This document shows positions 17,316 through 27,096 of a DNA stretch of 64,000 nt, piece after piece. The notes under the pieces were generated by a model, which made no database searches, was not told the DNA's origin, and saw only the letters and a list, made by a program, of their open reading frames with translations. Within the stretch, counting starts at the first letter, position 1. Each line of letters begins with the position of its first letter. This DNA is from a virus (lineage: Duplodnaviria; Caudoviricetes). The translations under genes and the position numbers were made by a program. The stretch lies in the IMG/VR virus record IMGVR_UViG_3300021197_002039, positions 1,518 to 65,517 of that record; one strand, 5' to 3'.

Positions 17316-18530
17316 ATGTTGATAGAAGATGTCCTGACAGAGTTTAAGAGGACACACCTAGAACACATAGAGGACATAGTGATCACTGACGGCTACGAGG
17401 GTGGCAAGGCAGTTTTAGAATATTTTAGGGGATTGTTGCTGACACTTAAAGGCACAAGTTCAGAAGCAATGAGTGTGTCGGTGAAGTGGGATGGTGCTCC
17501 TGCTGTGGTGTGTGGAACTAACCCAGACAATGGTAAGTTCTTCGTGGGAACAAAGTCAGTGTTTGCTCAAAACGCCAAAGTAAATTACACAAAGAAAGAC
17601 ATAGCAAGTAATCACGGCACAGACGAATTAGGACAAAAATTGTTAAAATGCTTAGTACATCTGAAAAAACTTAACATACAGGGTGTGGTACAAGGCGACT
17701 TGTTGTACACAGATGAGGACATCATAAGAAAAAATATCGATGGAAAGCCTCAATTGACATTCACTCCAAACACAATCACATATGCTGTTCCAGAAGCAAG
17801 TGCCCTAGGTAAACAGATCGACAGAGCAAAAGTGGGAATCATATTCCACACAACCTACGTAGGGGAATCGTTGGCAGACATGAATGCTCAAGGAGGAGCG
17901 GATGTAAGTTCTTTCGCAAAAAGCAATGATGTGTTCTTTGACAATGCCACATACAAGGACGTGTCAGGTAGTGCCAAGTTCACAGATGATGAAACGAAAC
18001 AATTCTACAACGGAATAGAAAAGTTAGAGACACTATTAAATGGTGTTCCACGTGATCTATCCGGTGTGCTTGGACAGAACCAGGACTTCATACCCATGTT
18101 CCAGATGTACATCAACGCGATGGTCAAGCAAGGCCAGTTACCAAGTGATGTCAACAAATTTTTGTTAGGATTCAAAACTTTCTATAACGACAGGATGCAA
18201 AAACAGATGTCAGGACTAAAGGCACAGAAGGCCTTACAACTGAGACAGGACAAGATGAAACAGATGCCTGTGTTCCTGAACAGGGCCAAGAAACCATTAC
18301 AGGCCATGCTGATGTTCTACAAGGCTGTGCAGACCATGAAGGCATTCGTTCTCAAGAAGATGAACCAAGCACAGGCCATAGGATCATTTCAACAGACGGA
18401 CGGTGGATTAAAGGTAACGGAACCAGAAGGATTTGTTGCAGTAGACAAGTCGGGTAATGCTGTTAAGTTAGTTGATAGACTGGGATTCTCAAGAAGAAAC
18501 TTGACGGGTATCAGCAAATTCCAGAAATAG
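17316..18530 (+). CDS. Conserved myovirus protein (DUF6267-like) with ligase-type nucleotidyltransferase motifs
   Basis: THLEHIED, VKWDGAPA, QGDLL, PEGFVAV, VKLVDR. Confidence 0.6.
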   Translation: MLIEDVLTEFKRTHLEHIEDIVITDGYEGGKAVLEYFRGLLLTLKGTSSEAMSVSVKWDGAPAVVCGTNPDNGKFFVGTKSVFAQNAKVNYTKKDIASNHGTDELGQKLLKCLVHLKKLNIQGVVQGDLLYTDEDIIRKNIDGKPQLTFTPNTITYAVPEASALGKQIDRAKVGIIFHTTYVGESLADMNAQGGADVSSFAKSNDVFFDNATYKDVSGSAKFTDDETKQFYNGIEKLETLLNGVPRDLSGVLGQNQDFIPMFQMYINAMVKQGQLPSDVNKFLLGFKTFYNDRMQKQMSGLKAQKALQLRQDKMKQMPVFLNRAKKPLQAMLMFYKAVQTMKAFVLKKMNQAQAIGSFQQTDGGLKVTEPEGFVAVDKSGNAVKLVDRLGFSRRNLTGISKFQK

Positions 18531-19526
18531 ATTCAACGTATCATTAATCGCCAAACTTAATTTCTCTTTGTTGAAAAAGTTATTATAATTGTATTCTCTT
18601 AATGCTTTGCTTTGCAGATAAATGTCTTGCCATGGTGCATCACGCAACCTGTCACACACATCCACAATGGTGTTGATCCTCATATCAGGATCTCTGTCTA
18701 AGTCATATGCCTCTTCGAAATAATTGTTGAAAGTCCTAAATCCCATATCCCTCAACTTCTGAAGATATAGATAATTGCCATGTACTACAAAAAGTTGTTG
18801 TGCTATAATTGGTTTCCATATTTTCTCTGTCATGAATACTTCATAGTCGTTGTCGTTGGTTTCTGACACAATGCTACAAGCAGTATCGTTGTAAGGCTTC
18901 TCGTATATGTCTTGGTCCATGCCGTACCGTGGATAGTCCTGTGCCCATGGCAGTTCATACTCCGCAGGCAGTTTCCTGTCTGGCCAACATGTGTGCAGAC
19001 TGTTTTCTAATATGCCATTGTCAAATAATTTGTTATACAATTTTTTTCTGTGTGCTCTTGGTTCCTTATTGAGATACAGGAAGTCATATTTTTTATTTGT
19101 GTGATCAAAATTGAACTTATTGTTCTTGTGTTTGTCGTACATGTAATACCAAAACCAACTTACCCCACCGGTCCACTTGATATGCTCTATTTCTATTTCT
19201 GGGTACTGTACTATCTGTTTAATATTATCTTGTGACTCCCATGGGTCGGCCTTTATGAAAACAAAACCTTGGCTGTGTAGCAACTCACAACGTCTTTTAA
19301 GTTCTACATTGAAATCAGGATTGTCTTTCACCCTCACGTTGGCCTGCCTTGAATCTATCATGGCAAATCTACGATCATAAGAATCGAGGTCGTAATTGTG
19401 TAATGTGTAGTATTCCCCGGTCATTTCAAACGTTTGGTCCTCTAGAGTGTGCATCTTTACAAACTCCTCGAGTTCAACATGCAAACCGGTTTTCATTACA
19501 TCAGTTAATATAAAATTACGTTGCAT
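18489..19526 (-). CDS. Putative glycosyltransferase-like phage protein
   Basis: FLYLNKEPRAHR, SIVSET..FMTEKIWKPI..LRDMGFRTF; paralog of 6330..7265. Confidence 0.5.
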   Translation of the reverse strand: MQRNFILTDVMKTGLHVELEEFVKMHTLEDQTFEMTGEYYTLHNYDLDSYDRRFAMIDSRQANVRVKDNPDFNVELKRRCELLHSQGFVFIKADPWESQDNIKQIVQYPEIEIEHIKWTGGVSWFWYYMYDKHKNNKFNFDHTNKKYDFLYLNKEPRAHRKKLYNKLFDNGILENSLHTCWPDRKLPAEYELPWAQDYPRYGMDQDIYEKPYNDTACSIVSETNDNDYEVFMTEKIWKPIIAQQLFVVHGNYLYLQKLRDMGFRTFNNYFEEAYDLDRDPDMRINTIVDVCDRLRDAPWQDIYLQSKALREYNYNNFFNKEKLSLAINDTLNLFLEFADTRQVSS

Positions 19527-19545
19527 AGGTTCTATAAATATGTGT

Positions 19546-20106
19546 ATGTTAACACCATTTTTAAAGTATGTATCTGAAGGCAAGGTGATCAGAAGGCATA
19601 GTGACTTGCAAAGATTCACTTTCCCAGAGGTCACTGAAAGAATATACCTCAGTTTCCTAGCACTGGCCTTGATGAGTCAACACAAGGACACACAGGGATT
19701 CGCCAAGTCATATGCCAACCAGACCATGGCCAAGGGTACATTTGATCAGGTCAGGATGATCAACAACGACCTAGCAAACATGTTGGCAATAGTGTCAGGA
19801 GATCCAGAGATAACAAAGAAACTCAAGAACAAGGACGAAGCACAGGCCATGAGGCAGAGACAACCTGTGCCCGTGATGGCCCTGAGGAGATACCTGAGGA
19901 CCTGGGAAGATCATTTTAAGAACTTAACGCATTTAGAAAGAGCACTGAACGTACAGGATGCCAACCTCAAGAACATCAGGCGAGCGGTGGCCAACTACAG
20001 CAGTTTAAATTCAAAAATGAAGATGCAGACTTTACACAGACTGCAACAGCAATTACAATCCAAATTACCCAACACAGACATACTGAAGAAATTTAAGGAA
20101 CTTTAA
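19546..20106 (+). CDS. Hypothetical late protein
   Basis: TATAAATA-N5-ATG start at MLTPFLKYVSE. Confidence 0.7.
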   Translation: MLTPFLKYVSEGKVIRRHSDLQRFTFPEVTERIYLSFLALALMSQHKDTQGFAKSYANQTMAKGTFDQVRMINNDLANMLAIVSGDPEITKKLKNKDEAQAMRQRQPVPVMALRRYLRTWEDHFKNLTHLERALNVQDANLKNIRRAVANYSSLNSKMKMQTLHRLQQQLQSKLPNTDILKKFKEL

Positions 20107-20225
20107 TGATGATCGAATATATTTGTGAGAAGTGTGAGTGTGAACAGCACTGCCGGGGATCCTGTACAGAGTGCAGGGACTGTCCAGACTGTGCTTGTAA
20201 GGAATGTAATGCCGGAAGCGAATAG
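20106..20225 (+). CDS. Metallothionein-like Cys-rich peptide (39 aa), not in the ORF track
   Basis: MMIEYICEKCECEQHCRGSCTECRDCPDCACKECNAGSE, 10 Cys; SD AAGGA and TAATG coupling. Confidence 0.65.
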   Translation: MMIEYICEKCECEQHCRGSCTECRDCPDCACKECNAGSE

Positions 20226-20808
20226 TTTCTGGGTACTTTACGGACAGCACACCAAACCCACTTACCTAGAAGATGCAGGCAACGGACAGCAGGCACAAAG
20301 AGATGCCGCTCTGCAATACATCAAGCAGTGGCGTGTATGCCTGGATATAGGTAGCAACATAGGACAATGGACGAGACCACTCTCTAAGAAGTTTGAAAGT
20401 GTGGTGTGCTTCGAACCAAATCCCAACTTCAGAGAATGTTTCGAGAAGAACATACAAGAGAAAAATGTATTGCTATGGCCTTACGGATTGTCGGACAAAG
20501 AACACAAAGCCAAGCAAGACTTCAACTCAACAGTGTTACAACAAGAGGATGGAGACATAGACTGTAGGACACTTGACAGTTTTGGATTGACCAATGTAGA
20601 CTTCGTTAAGATAGATGTTGACGGCTTTGAGATACCATTACTGAACGGAGCGAGGCAAACATTGAGCAAGAACGATCCCGTGATCAACATTGAAATGAAG
20701 AGGGACAAGAGGACGGATATTGTTGTGAAATGTGAGTCTATACTGAAAGATCTAGGCTACAAGTTCCAAAAACGCACAAAGAGTGACGAAGTGTGGCTTA
20801 AATCTTAA
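20209..20808 (+). CDS. FkbM family methyltransferase
   Basis: LDIGSNIG, FEPNP, TLDS..VDFVKIDVDGFE..L.GA; start MPEANS with SD AAGGA. Confidence 0.85.
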   Translation: MPEANSFWVLYGQHTKPTYLEDAGNGQQAQRDAALQYIKQWRVCLDIGSNIGQWTRPLSKKFESVVCFEPNPNFRECFEKNIQEKNVLLWPYGLSDKEHKAKQDFNSTVLQQEDGDIDCRTLDSFGLTNVDFVKIDVDGFEIPLLNGARQTLSKNDPVINIEMKRDKRTDIVVKCESILKDLGYKFQKRTKSDEVWLKS

Positions 20809-20905
20809 TATTACAGCATAATTTACCAATCTTACCAATAAATACTTGCAACTTGATCCCTGAGCGGGATCATAGTCATTTAATCAGAAAAAAGGAGGAT
20901 TAAAA

Positions 20906-21307
20906 ATGGCAACGGAAAACAACACGACATTCGTGGCAGGAACACAATCTTTTCTAGGAAAAGAACTTGAGTTCATCACGATTGATGCAGGTGAGGAGTT
21001 AGCGAATCACTTGTTAAAAAACGAGACAGCAAACGCAATCGAAAACACAGTCAGACAATACGGTAACATCGTAGGTTCAGGCCCGTTATTCGATACGAAT
21101 GCTTCTAGAACATACATCGTTGAAGGTACAGACATGTTCGTTGGTGCACCAGCATCAGCAGGCGGTTCTTTTACTTTCACTGAATCAGGTGCAGACGGTT
21201 CGTCAGTAGGAACACTACTTGCGGCACTTAAAGCATTAGGTACAGTCGATAGTATTGACTTAAACGATTCAGGCACTACTGCCAAGATCGAAAACTTAGA
21301 AATATAA
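20906..21307 (+). CDS. Small virion structural protein, paralog 1 of 3
   Basis: TAAATA at 20839, leader hairpin TGATCCC/GGGATCA, SD AGGAGG; A/G/T-rich. Confidence 0.6.
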   Translation: MATENNTTFVAGTQSFLGKELEFITIDAGEELANHLLKNETANAIENTVRQYGNIVGSGPLFDTNASRTYIVEGTDMFVGAPASAGGSFTFTESGADGSSVGTLLAALKALGTVDSIDLNDSGTTAKIENLEI

Positions 21308-21326
21308 TAGGATAGGAGAATAAATT

Positions 21327-21731
21327 ATGGCAATTTCAAGAAATAACTTTACAGCTCTACCTGTTGCGGCAGAGATAGAAGGTGTAGATGTATCATACTT
21401 CACAGTTGATTTCATCAATGCAATGAACTCAGAGACAGGTGATCCACAAGCGGATTCAACTGCGGCTGGTTTAGCACTAGTACAAGCGGCTATCATGAAC
21501 CAAGGAATCAACATCTTGGCTACTGGTCCGTTAGGAAACTCAAACACAGAATGTACTTACATGGTGAGAACTGACAGTTTGGATGTTGCTAACCACATCA
21601 CTGCGAACGGTCTAAGAGATGCGATCAGAGCGGTTGACACGGCGGGAAGAGCGGCAAGTGCCACTCCAAGAAACACTGCTGACTTCTCAACAGCGACAGT
21701 AACGGCTAAAACTTTAGCAATCGCTGTTTAA
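21327..21731 (+). CDS. Small virion structural protein, paralog 2 of 3
   Basis: Shares FTVDF, GPL and L..AIRA motifs with neighbours. Confidence 0.6.
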   Translation: MAISRNNFTALPVAAEIEGVDVSYFTVDFINAMNSETGDPQADSTAAGLALVQAAIMNQGINILATGPLGNSNTECTYMVRTDSLDVANHITANGLRDAIRAVDTAGRAASATPRNTADFSTATVTAKTLAIAV

Positions 21732-21756
21732 TAGTATAGCATAGGAGATACGATCA

Positions 21757-22152
21757 ATGACAACTAAAATAAACCCGACTAAAGCAAACACAACTGATCA
21801 CCTTTCAGGTAAGACGATCACGGCTGTGACTGTAGACTTTGCAGTTAACGGTACGAACTTCGCTTCTACTGAAATGGGACCATTGGGTGCGGTGCAGGCG
21901 GCAATAGCGACAATGACGCAAGAAGCAACACCAATCATCATCACTAAATTAAGAAGTGATGGTTCGAATGACGGTCAAGTATTTGACATGGTATTCGAAG
22001 GTGAGTTCGGAACTGACACTTATGACGGTACGAACAGCGAGGCGTTCGCGGCATACCTACAAACTGTAATCAGACTGTTAACATCAGTTGGTGCAGGTTC
22101 AGTGAACTTGAACAGTGCAACTGTTGTAGCGGCTACGGCGGCATCATTCTAA
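21757..22152 (+). CDS. Small virion structural protein, paralog 3 of 3
   Basis: VTVDF, VQAAI, LQTVIR, SATV motifs. Confidence 0.6.
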   Translation: MTTKINPTKANTTDHLSGKTITAVTVDFAVNGTNFASTEMGPLGAVQAAIATMTQEATPIIITKLRSDGSNDGQVFDMVFEGEFGTDTYDGTNSEAFAAYLQTVIRLLTSVGAGSVNLNSATVVAATAASF

Positions 22153-22178
22153 TCTAATTAGACTGAAGTACAATTACC

Positions 22179-22214
22179 AAAGGGCGGATCTTTAATTAGG
22201 TTCGCCCTTTTTTT
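22179..22214 (+). terminator. Intrinsic terminator
   Basis: AAAGGGCGGA...TTCGCCCTTT followed by a T-run. Confidence 0.85.
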
Positions 22215-22230
22215 ATGATTAAATAATCAC

Positions 22231-22914
22231 ATGCCTACACATTTACAAGAAGCGATAAAGATAATATTGAGTGCAGATTCCAAACTGCGAGATAAGACCC
22301 CAAGGATCTACGCCATGCCCAAGGATGAACACATGCCTAAGGCATTTACAAACCTCAAACGTATGCGATATTTGTCCCATGACCTCTGTGCGGGTAGGAA
22401 CATCAAGAGATGGTTATGGAGGGATTACAACCCGGAGATAATATTACAGCAACCACCCTTCGACCAGTACGAGGACCAGAGTGAGATCTTCACGCTGATA
22501 CGTCATCCGGAAGAACGTTGGTGGTCAGGCATCAAGGACATGTTCTATTTCATGCCATGGTACGGCTGGTGGGCCAACGACAAGATAATGGAACAGTGGC
22601 CACACTTCGGAAGAGGCACACTGAGGTATCATGACATCATGCAAGATATCAAACCGCAACACCTTATCAAGTGTGACGCGGGCCTCAATGACAGGATGAT
22701 CAACTTTGCCAAGACACATGGACTACTTTGCTATGGCAACATTCCACACGAGAAGGCACTGCGACACAGCAAACCAGATATAAAGAGCCTCGAGGACAAG
22801 GGAGTCAGAGAACTCAAAGCCTGGTTGAGGGAGAATCCAGACAGGCAGAAACAACTAGACGAGTATTTGGCACCTGACTGGCAGTACTGGGAGAAGGTAG
22901 AGTATCAAGACTGA
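22231..22914 (+). CDS. Sulfotransferase-2-like protein
   Basis: FTLIRHPEERWWSG resembles the 3-prime PAPS-binding motif; C-terminal YLAPDW. Confidence 0.45.
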   Translation: MPTHLQEAIKIILSADSKLRDKTPRIYAMPKDEHMPKAFTNLKRMRYLSHDLCAGRNIKRWLWRDYNPEIILQQPPFDQYEDQSEIFTLIRHPEERWWSGIKDMFYFMPWYGWWANDKIMEQWPHFGRGTLRYHDIMQDIKPQHLIKCDAGLNDRMINFAKTHGLLCYGNIPHEKALRHSKPDIKSLEDKGVRELKAWLRENPDRQKQLDEYLAPDWQYWEKVEYQD

Positions 22915-23429
22915 TGCACGAGTACAGGATACACACATTGGTGGACATCACCGAAAACGGTAATCTCAAACAGCAGTTTCCGTTCACCACAGATGCGGGC
23001 CACAACATAAATGACAAGCACACGCTGTCACTGGCACGTGACCAGAATTCAAACTTCAGCACCATGTTGCAACTGCTACAGATGAGGGGTAACATCACGT
23101 GGGAAATGCCACCGCAGAAAGTGGAACTGCCTAACCTGGCCAACCACGCATTCGGATCCTACTACGAGGGCAAACACATGACTTGGCACTTTCAATTCTT
23201 CACTGAGCAATCAGGTGTATATGGAGACGTGGCTGATCCAACTGAGAACCTAGTGGAGGACTTCAGTCTCATACCCATCGTGGCAGACTGCACCAACACC
23301 GCACACCTGCCAATACACACCTTCGTCACCATGGAGATGCAGGGCACGGACAGACAAAAAGTTATCGGAGCACTGGCGGGCGGAGTCATAAACACGTACT
23401 TTTCATACGCTGGTCCCATCGATAAATAA
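22914..23429 (+). CDS. Hypothetical protein
   Basis: TGATG coupling; IHTLVDIT N-terminus. Confidence 0.7.
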   Translation: MHEYRIHTLVDITENGNLKQQFPFTTDAGHNINDKHTLSLARDQNSNFSTMLQLLQMRGNITWEMPPQKVELPNLANHAFGSYYEGKHMTWHFQFFTEQSGVYGDVADPTENLVEDFSLIPIVADCTNTAHLPIHTFVTMEMQGTDRQKVIGALAGGVINTYFSYAGPIDK

Positions 23430-23476
23430 TAGCATAGATTAGGCACAAACAAAAACTTAAAAGGCACAACTAGGCA

Positions 23477-23782
23477 ATGACACAGGCTCATTTACAGGCT
23501 CTATTAACGGAGGTACGAAACCTCAAAAGAGATTTAAGAAGATATATGAGTACAACAGAATTAGAGAAACAGAACCTAGAAGCACACGTGGACCTTTGTT
23601 CAGAGAGATACAAGGGATTACACGACAGGCTAAGTGCGATCGAAATTCGTCTACAGAAGATGAATGAGGATCAACAAGTCAGTCACAAGAGCAGTCAGAA
23701 GACAATCATAGCAACAGCGGGCACAGTGGTCGCAGGCTTACTATCTACAGTGGTAGTGATCCTGATGAAGATGCCAGGCTAA
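23477..23782 (+). CDS. Coiled-coil protein with C-terminal TM anchor (start may be 23546)
   Basis: LEAHVDLCSERY..L..RL..IE, then IIATAGTVVAGLLSTVVVILM. Confidence 0.65.
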   Translation: MTQAHLQALLTEVRNLKRDLRRYMSTTELEKQNLEAHVDLCSERYKGLHDRLSAIEIRLQKMNEDQQVSHKSSQKTIIATAGTVVAGLLSTVVVILMKMPG

Positions 23783-23795
23783 ACTTTAACAATAC

Positions 23796-24029
23796 ATGTT
23801 CATACAGATAGCACCACGGGCCAAGGTCTATGTCACAGACACGGATGTAGAATTCATACGGGCACACGCACTGGAATCGTTCAGGAGTGACCAACTGTCA
23901 CCGGAGGACGCGGACAGGGCCAAGCGGTTGGCAGACAAGGCGGTGTTCGTGCGTAAGAAACTTGACACCCACATGCAATATGCTTTAAATAGAAAGATAA
24001 AGTTTGTTGCAAATGACAGGAAAAAATAA
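23796..24029 (+). CDS. Hypothetical protein
   Basis: 77 aa ORF in the late operon. Confidence 0.65.
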   Translation: MFIQIAPRAKVYVTDTDVEFIRAHALESFRSDQLSPEDADRAKRLADKAVFVRKKLDTHMQYALNRKIKFVANDRKK

Positions 24030-24516
24030 ATCAGAACTGGTAAAACAGATCGAGGCCTACGGGCTGAAGTCTAAACTCGCGGACCTGGCACACAAGGAGC
24101 AGGCACGAAGACCATTCCGACACCTACCCAAACAGTTCTCCAAAGGCATCCTGATAGGCAATATAGCCATTGTACCGAGAAAATGGTCCGGAACTCGATA
24201 TGTGTATGTCATTGCTGACATGATGGAAGCCACTGTTTTACATGACGATATTAATTTAAAACAGACAGCCATACTCGTAGCACATCATTTAGCAGACGAA
24301 AAAAGTGTGCCCACTGATATACTAGAACTAGATACAAAATTTGCATCACAACTGTTCGACATACAGAGTGCTAAACGTATGATACGTGAGGCACAGAAGA
24401 ACAAGGACGAACAGATGGAGGATGTCTATTGGGACAGATTGGACGTCGCTAACCGCCTAGCGGACCAACACAAAAGCAAAATACAGCAGATCTTTAGTGA
24501 CACGTTCGGAGGATAG
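24013..24516 (+). CDS. Hypothetical protein
   Basis: Start at MTGKNK; helical C-terminus. Confidence 0.65.
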   Translation: MTGKNKSELVKQIEAYGLKSKLADLAHKEQARRPFRHLPKQFSKGILIGNIAIVPRKWSGTRYVYVIADMMEATVLHDDINLKQTAILVAHHLADEKSVPTDILELDTKFASQLFDIQSAKRMIREAQKNKDEQMEDVYWDRLDVANRLADQHKSKIQQIFSDTFGG

Positions 24517-24534
24517 ATTATAAATAAACACAGT

Positions 24535-25434
24535 ATGAAGAGCTTAGACCTTACAAAACCAATTACAACTGAATCGTTACTTAAAGAATTTGAATCAAGA
24601 TTCAATCAAACAATGGATCTTTCAAAGTTCACTAAAGAAGATCTAGCAGACGCGGCAAATCACGTGAGAACAAAGATCCACGAGATCACACAGAACACAC
24701 ACTTCGGACAAGAATTAAAAGATGATTCATATCAAAAGAATCAAATGATGTTGGACATCATAAACCAAGCAATCACAGAAAGAAAACTTGCTGAGTATGG
24801 CGGAATGAACACAGATCCAGAAACAGGAAAAATGGTAGACAAAGTTAAGAAAGCAAGTGGCATGACTGATATTGAAAAAAAACAAGTGATAGGATCACTA
24901 GTCACAAAAGAAATGAGCAAGATGCCAAAAGGCACAGGCACCATGCAGGGTGTGAAAGAAGGTGTTGAAGAGCAATCAGAATTAATTTTAGCGGCCAAGG
25001 ACATGATGGACAAGGTAACATCATTCTTGGAAGATCTAGCATCAATGAAGACAGAAGGCATGTTAGAACTGGCAGACAGAATCAGAGACGAGATGGGTGC
25101 TGAGAAATCAGACGCATTCCTACAAAAAATCCAACCAGCGATTGAACAGGCGGAAGCCACTTTAACGACAACCAGGCAAGAACTGGACAACGGTGTAAGA
25201 ATATTGACCGGAGAAGAAGTAGCAACAGACCCTATGGGCGCCGATGACACGATGGACATGGACAACACAGACGCAGACTTAGATGACCTAGGAACCGATG
25301 ATCTAGAGTCAGATGAGTTTGGCGCCTCTGATGCCGAAGCGGGTGGAACAGAACCAGAAGGCAGAGAACAAAGAGAATCCAAAGAAGTGTTTGAAGCATC
25401 AAACAGATTGTTCAGTAAACTAGCAGGGAAGTAG
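24535..25434 (+). CDS. Acidic helical late protein, possible prohead core/scaffold component
   Basis: TATAAATA upstream; several L/I/V-x-E sites; D/E-rich tail. Confidence 0.5.
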   Translation: MKSLDLTKPITTESLLKEFESRFNQTMDLSKFTKEDLADAANHVRTKIHEITQNTHFGQELKDDSYQKNQMMLDIINQAITERKLAEYGGMNTDPETGKMVDKVKKASGMTDIEKKQVIGSLVTKEMSKMPKGTGTMQGVKEGVEEQSELILAAKDMMDKVTSFLEDLASMKTEGMLELADRIRDEMGAEKSDAFLQKIQPAIEQAEATLTTTRQELDNGVRILTGEEVATDPMGADDTMDMDNTDADLDDLGTDDLESDEFGASDAEAGGTEPEGREQRESKEVFEASNRLFSKLAGK

Positions 25435-25438
25435 TCCT

Positions 25439-25795
25439 GTGAGATTTTTCGAATTCAACAAAAGCGACACAGACCTAGAGTCAGCACTCATCAACATCCT
25501 GTTGAACATGAAGGGCGACGCTGACGAGAAGGACCAAGCATCAGACATCAGCATGGATGCAGTCAAACAGATAATGAGCAACACAGGATATCCAGCATTC
25601 AACTACGATGTGTTCAAGAGAATCTATGATGCAGACGGTGATCTCAAGAACGTGGTAGCAGACTTCGATAATGAAAAGATAGTGGTCAAGACGGACCAAG
25701 AGGCAGAGCAAGAACCTGGCATGGACTACGATGATCAAGGTAGCACAGACGTTGTGAAGAAGATGGCCAAGTCAGCCATGAACAGACGTAAGTAA
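25439..25795 (+). CDS. Hypothetical late protein
   Basis: GTG start MRFFEF; ends VKKMAKSAMNRRK. Confidence 0.65.
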   Translation: MRFFEFNKSDTDLESALINILLNMKGDADEKDQASDISMDAVKQIMSNTGYPAFNYDVFKRIYDADGDLKNVVADFDNEKIVVKTDQEAEQEPGMDYDDQGSTDVVKKMAKSAMNRRK

Positions 25796-27094
25796 TTAAA
25801 GATTTTTTACTTCCTCCCAAATCTGAGGATATACTGATTTCCAATTGGTGTCACGTCTACGATCCAATTCGTCTAGATATATTTTGAATTGTTTTTGTCT
25901 AAGCACACTTGGTTCCCTCTTATCAAACTCTGACATAATTCCCTGCATGTAAGTTTTATAAATTTCTTTAACCGAATCAGGGTTTCCATGTGAGGTTGTA
26001 TCAAAAGATTCAACTGCTTCACGCAGTCCCCAATCGTTTATCTTGTTACCAAATATTCCTGGGTACATGTATTCCCTAGGGCCTATTTCATGTTGATTGG
26101 CTTTCATCATGCTCCAGTAGATAGGTTTGATTTTGTTACATTCGTTTAAGTATTTGACCATTGCAGGCATGCCCGGCACTGCTGTGACAGTCAACGCACT
26201 GTTGATGCCTTGATCGAATGATGTGTTGTGTAAAATGTATTCAAAGTTCTTAATTGCCACATTCAAGTCTAAACCAGTACGCACATACTCGCCCTCAGGT
26301 CCTAGTGCATCACAACTGAAAAATATCTGTATCTTGTCTAGCCTGCCTGACTTCTGTAACACCTCTAGCCTGTCCATCCATGTCTTGAACCGTTCATGTT
26401 CTATGTTGTGGTTGCTGAAGAACACAAGAGTAAGATCAGGGTAGTTGCCTTTCTCCAGGAACTCTATGAACCTAAATGTTTCTTTCTGTAGGAACGGTTC
26501 TCCGCCCATGACAAATATCTTGTGTAACTCGTGTAGATGTTTTTCAAACCATTTGAACAGTAATTCTGTGTGTTCTGCTATCTTGGGATTCTTCTTCCAC
26601 CAGTCTGCAATTTCAACACCTTCTTTGTTGAAATCTCCAAACCTTTTCTCTTCCTGCTGTATGGTCGAACTGTAATGAGCACCACAATATATACAAGCCT
26701 GTTGACAGGTGTTGCCCCAATACACTTCCAACTGTCTCGGAGTTACATCGACTGCTGTTAGGTCTGTGTCCAGTTCCGGGGGTGCTGTGGTTCCTTCTAG
26801 ATTCAAATGCACTTGCCTGTCTGATTTACCACCCGCTTCTTCTATGTGTTTGCAGTGTTCACACCCCCTGCCTGGCCACTCGCCTCTCAACATCTTACGC
26901 CTTGCTTCTAGTTTGGCTGGTATGTTGTGGAAGTTCAGTTCACCATTACGCACTTCCAATGGATCTCCCTTTACCCTGTGGCAACTCGCACTGACCCCAT
27001 CAGTGAGGTAGACTGTGCTGTGTGTCCATTTCAATTGACAAGGCAATCCTTTGGTAATAGGAAATGGCTTTGGTGGTTGTTTTGATATGCCCAT
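25796..27094 (-). CDS. Radical SAM protein with N-terminal twitch/SPASM-like domain
   Basis: CQLKW..SCH..CEHC, CQQACIYC, MGGEPF. Confidence 0.85.
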   Translation of the reverse strand: MGISKQPPKPFPITKGLPCQLKWTHSTVYLTDGVSASCHRVKGDPLEVRNGELNFHNIPAKLEARRKMLRGEWPGRGCEHCKHIEEAGGKSDRQVHLNLEGTTAPPELDTDLTAVDVTPRQLEVYWGNTCQQACIYCGAHYSSTIQQEEKRFGDFNKEGVEIADWWKKNPKIAEHTELLFKWFEKHLHELHKIFVMGGEPFLQKETFRFIEFLEKGNYPDLTLVFFSNHNIEHERFKTWMDRLEVLQKSGRLDKIQIFFSCDALGPEGEYVRTGLDLNVAIKNFEYILHNTSFDQGINSALTVTAVPGMPAMVKYLNECNKIKPIYWSMMKANQHEIGPREYMYPGIFGNKINDWGLREAVESFDTTSHGNPDSVKEIYKTYMQGIMSEFDKREPSVLRQKQFKIYLDELDRRRDTNWKSVYPQIWEEVKNL

Positions 27095-27096
27095 GT

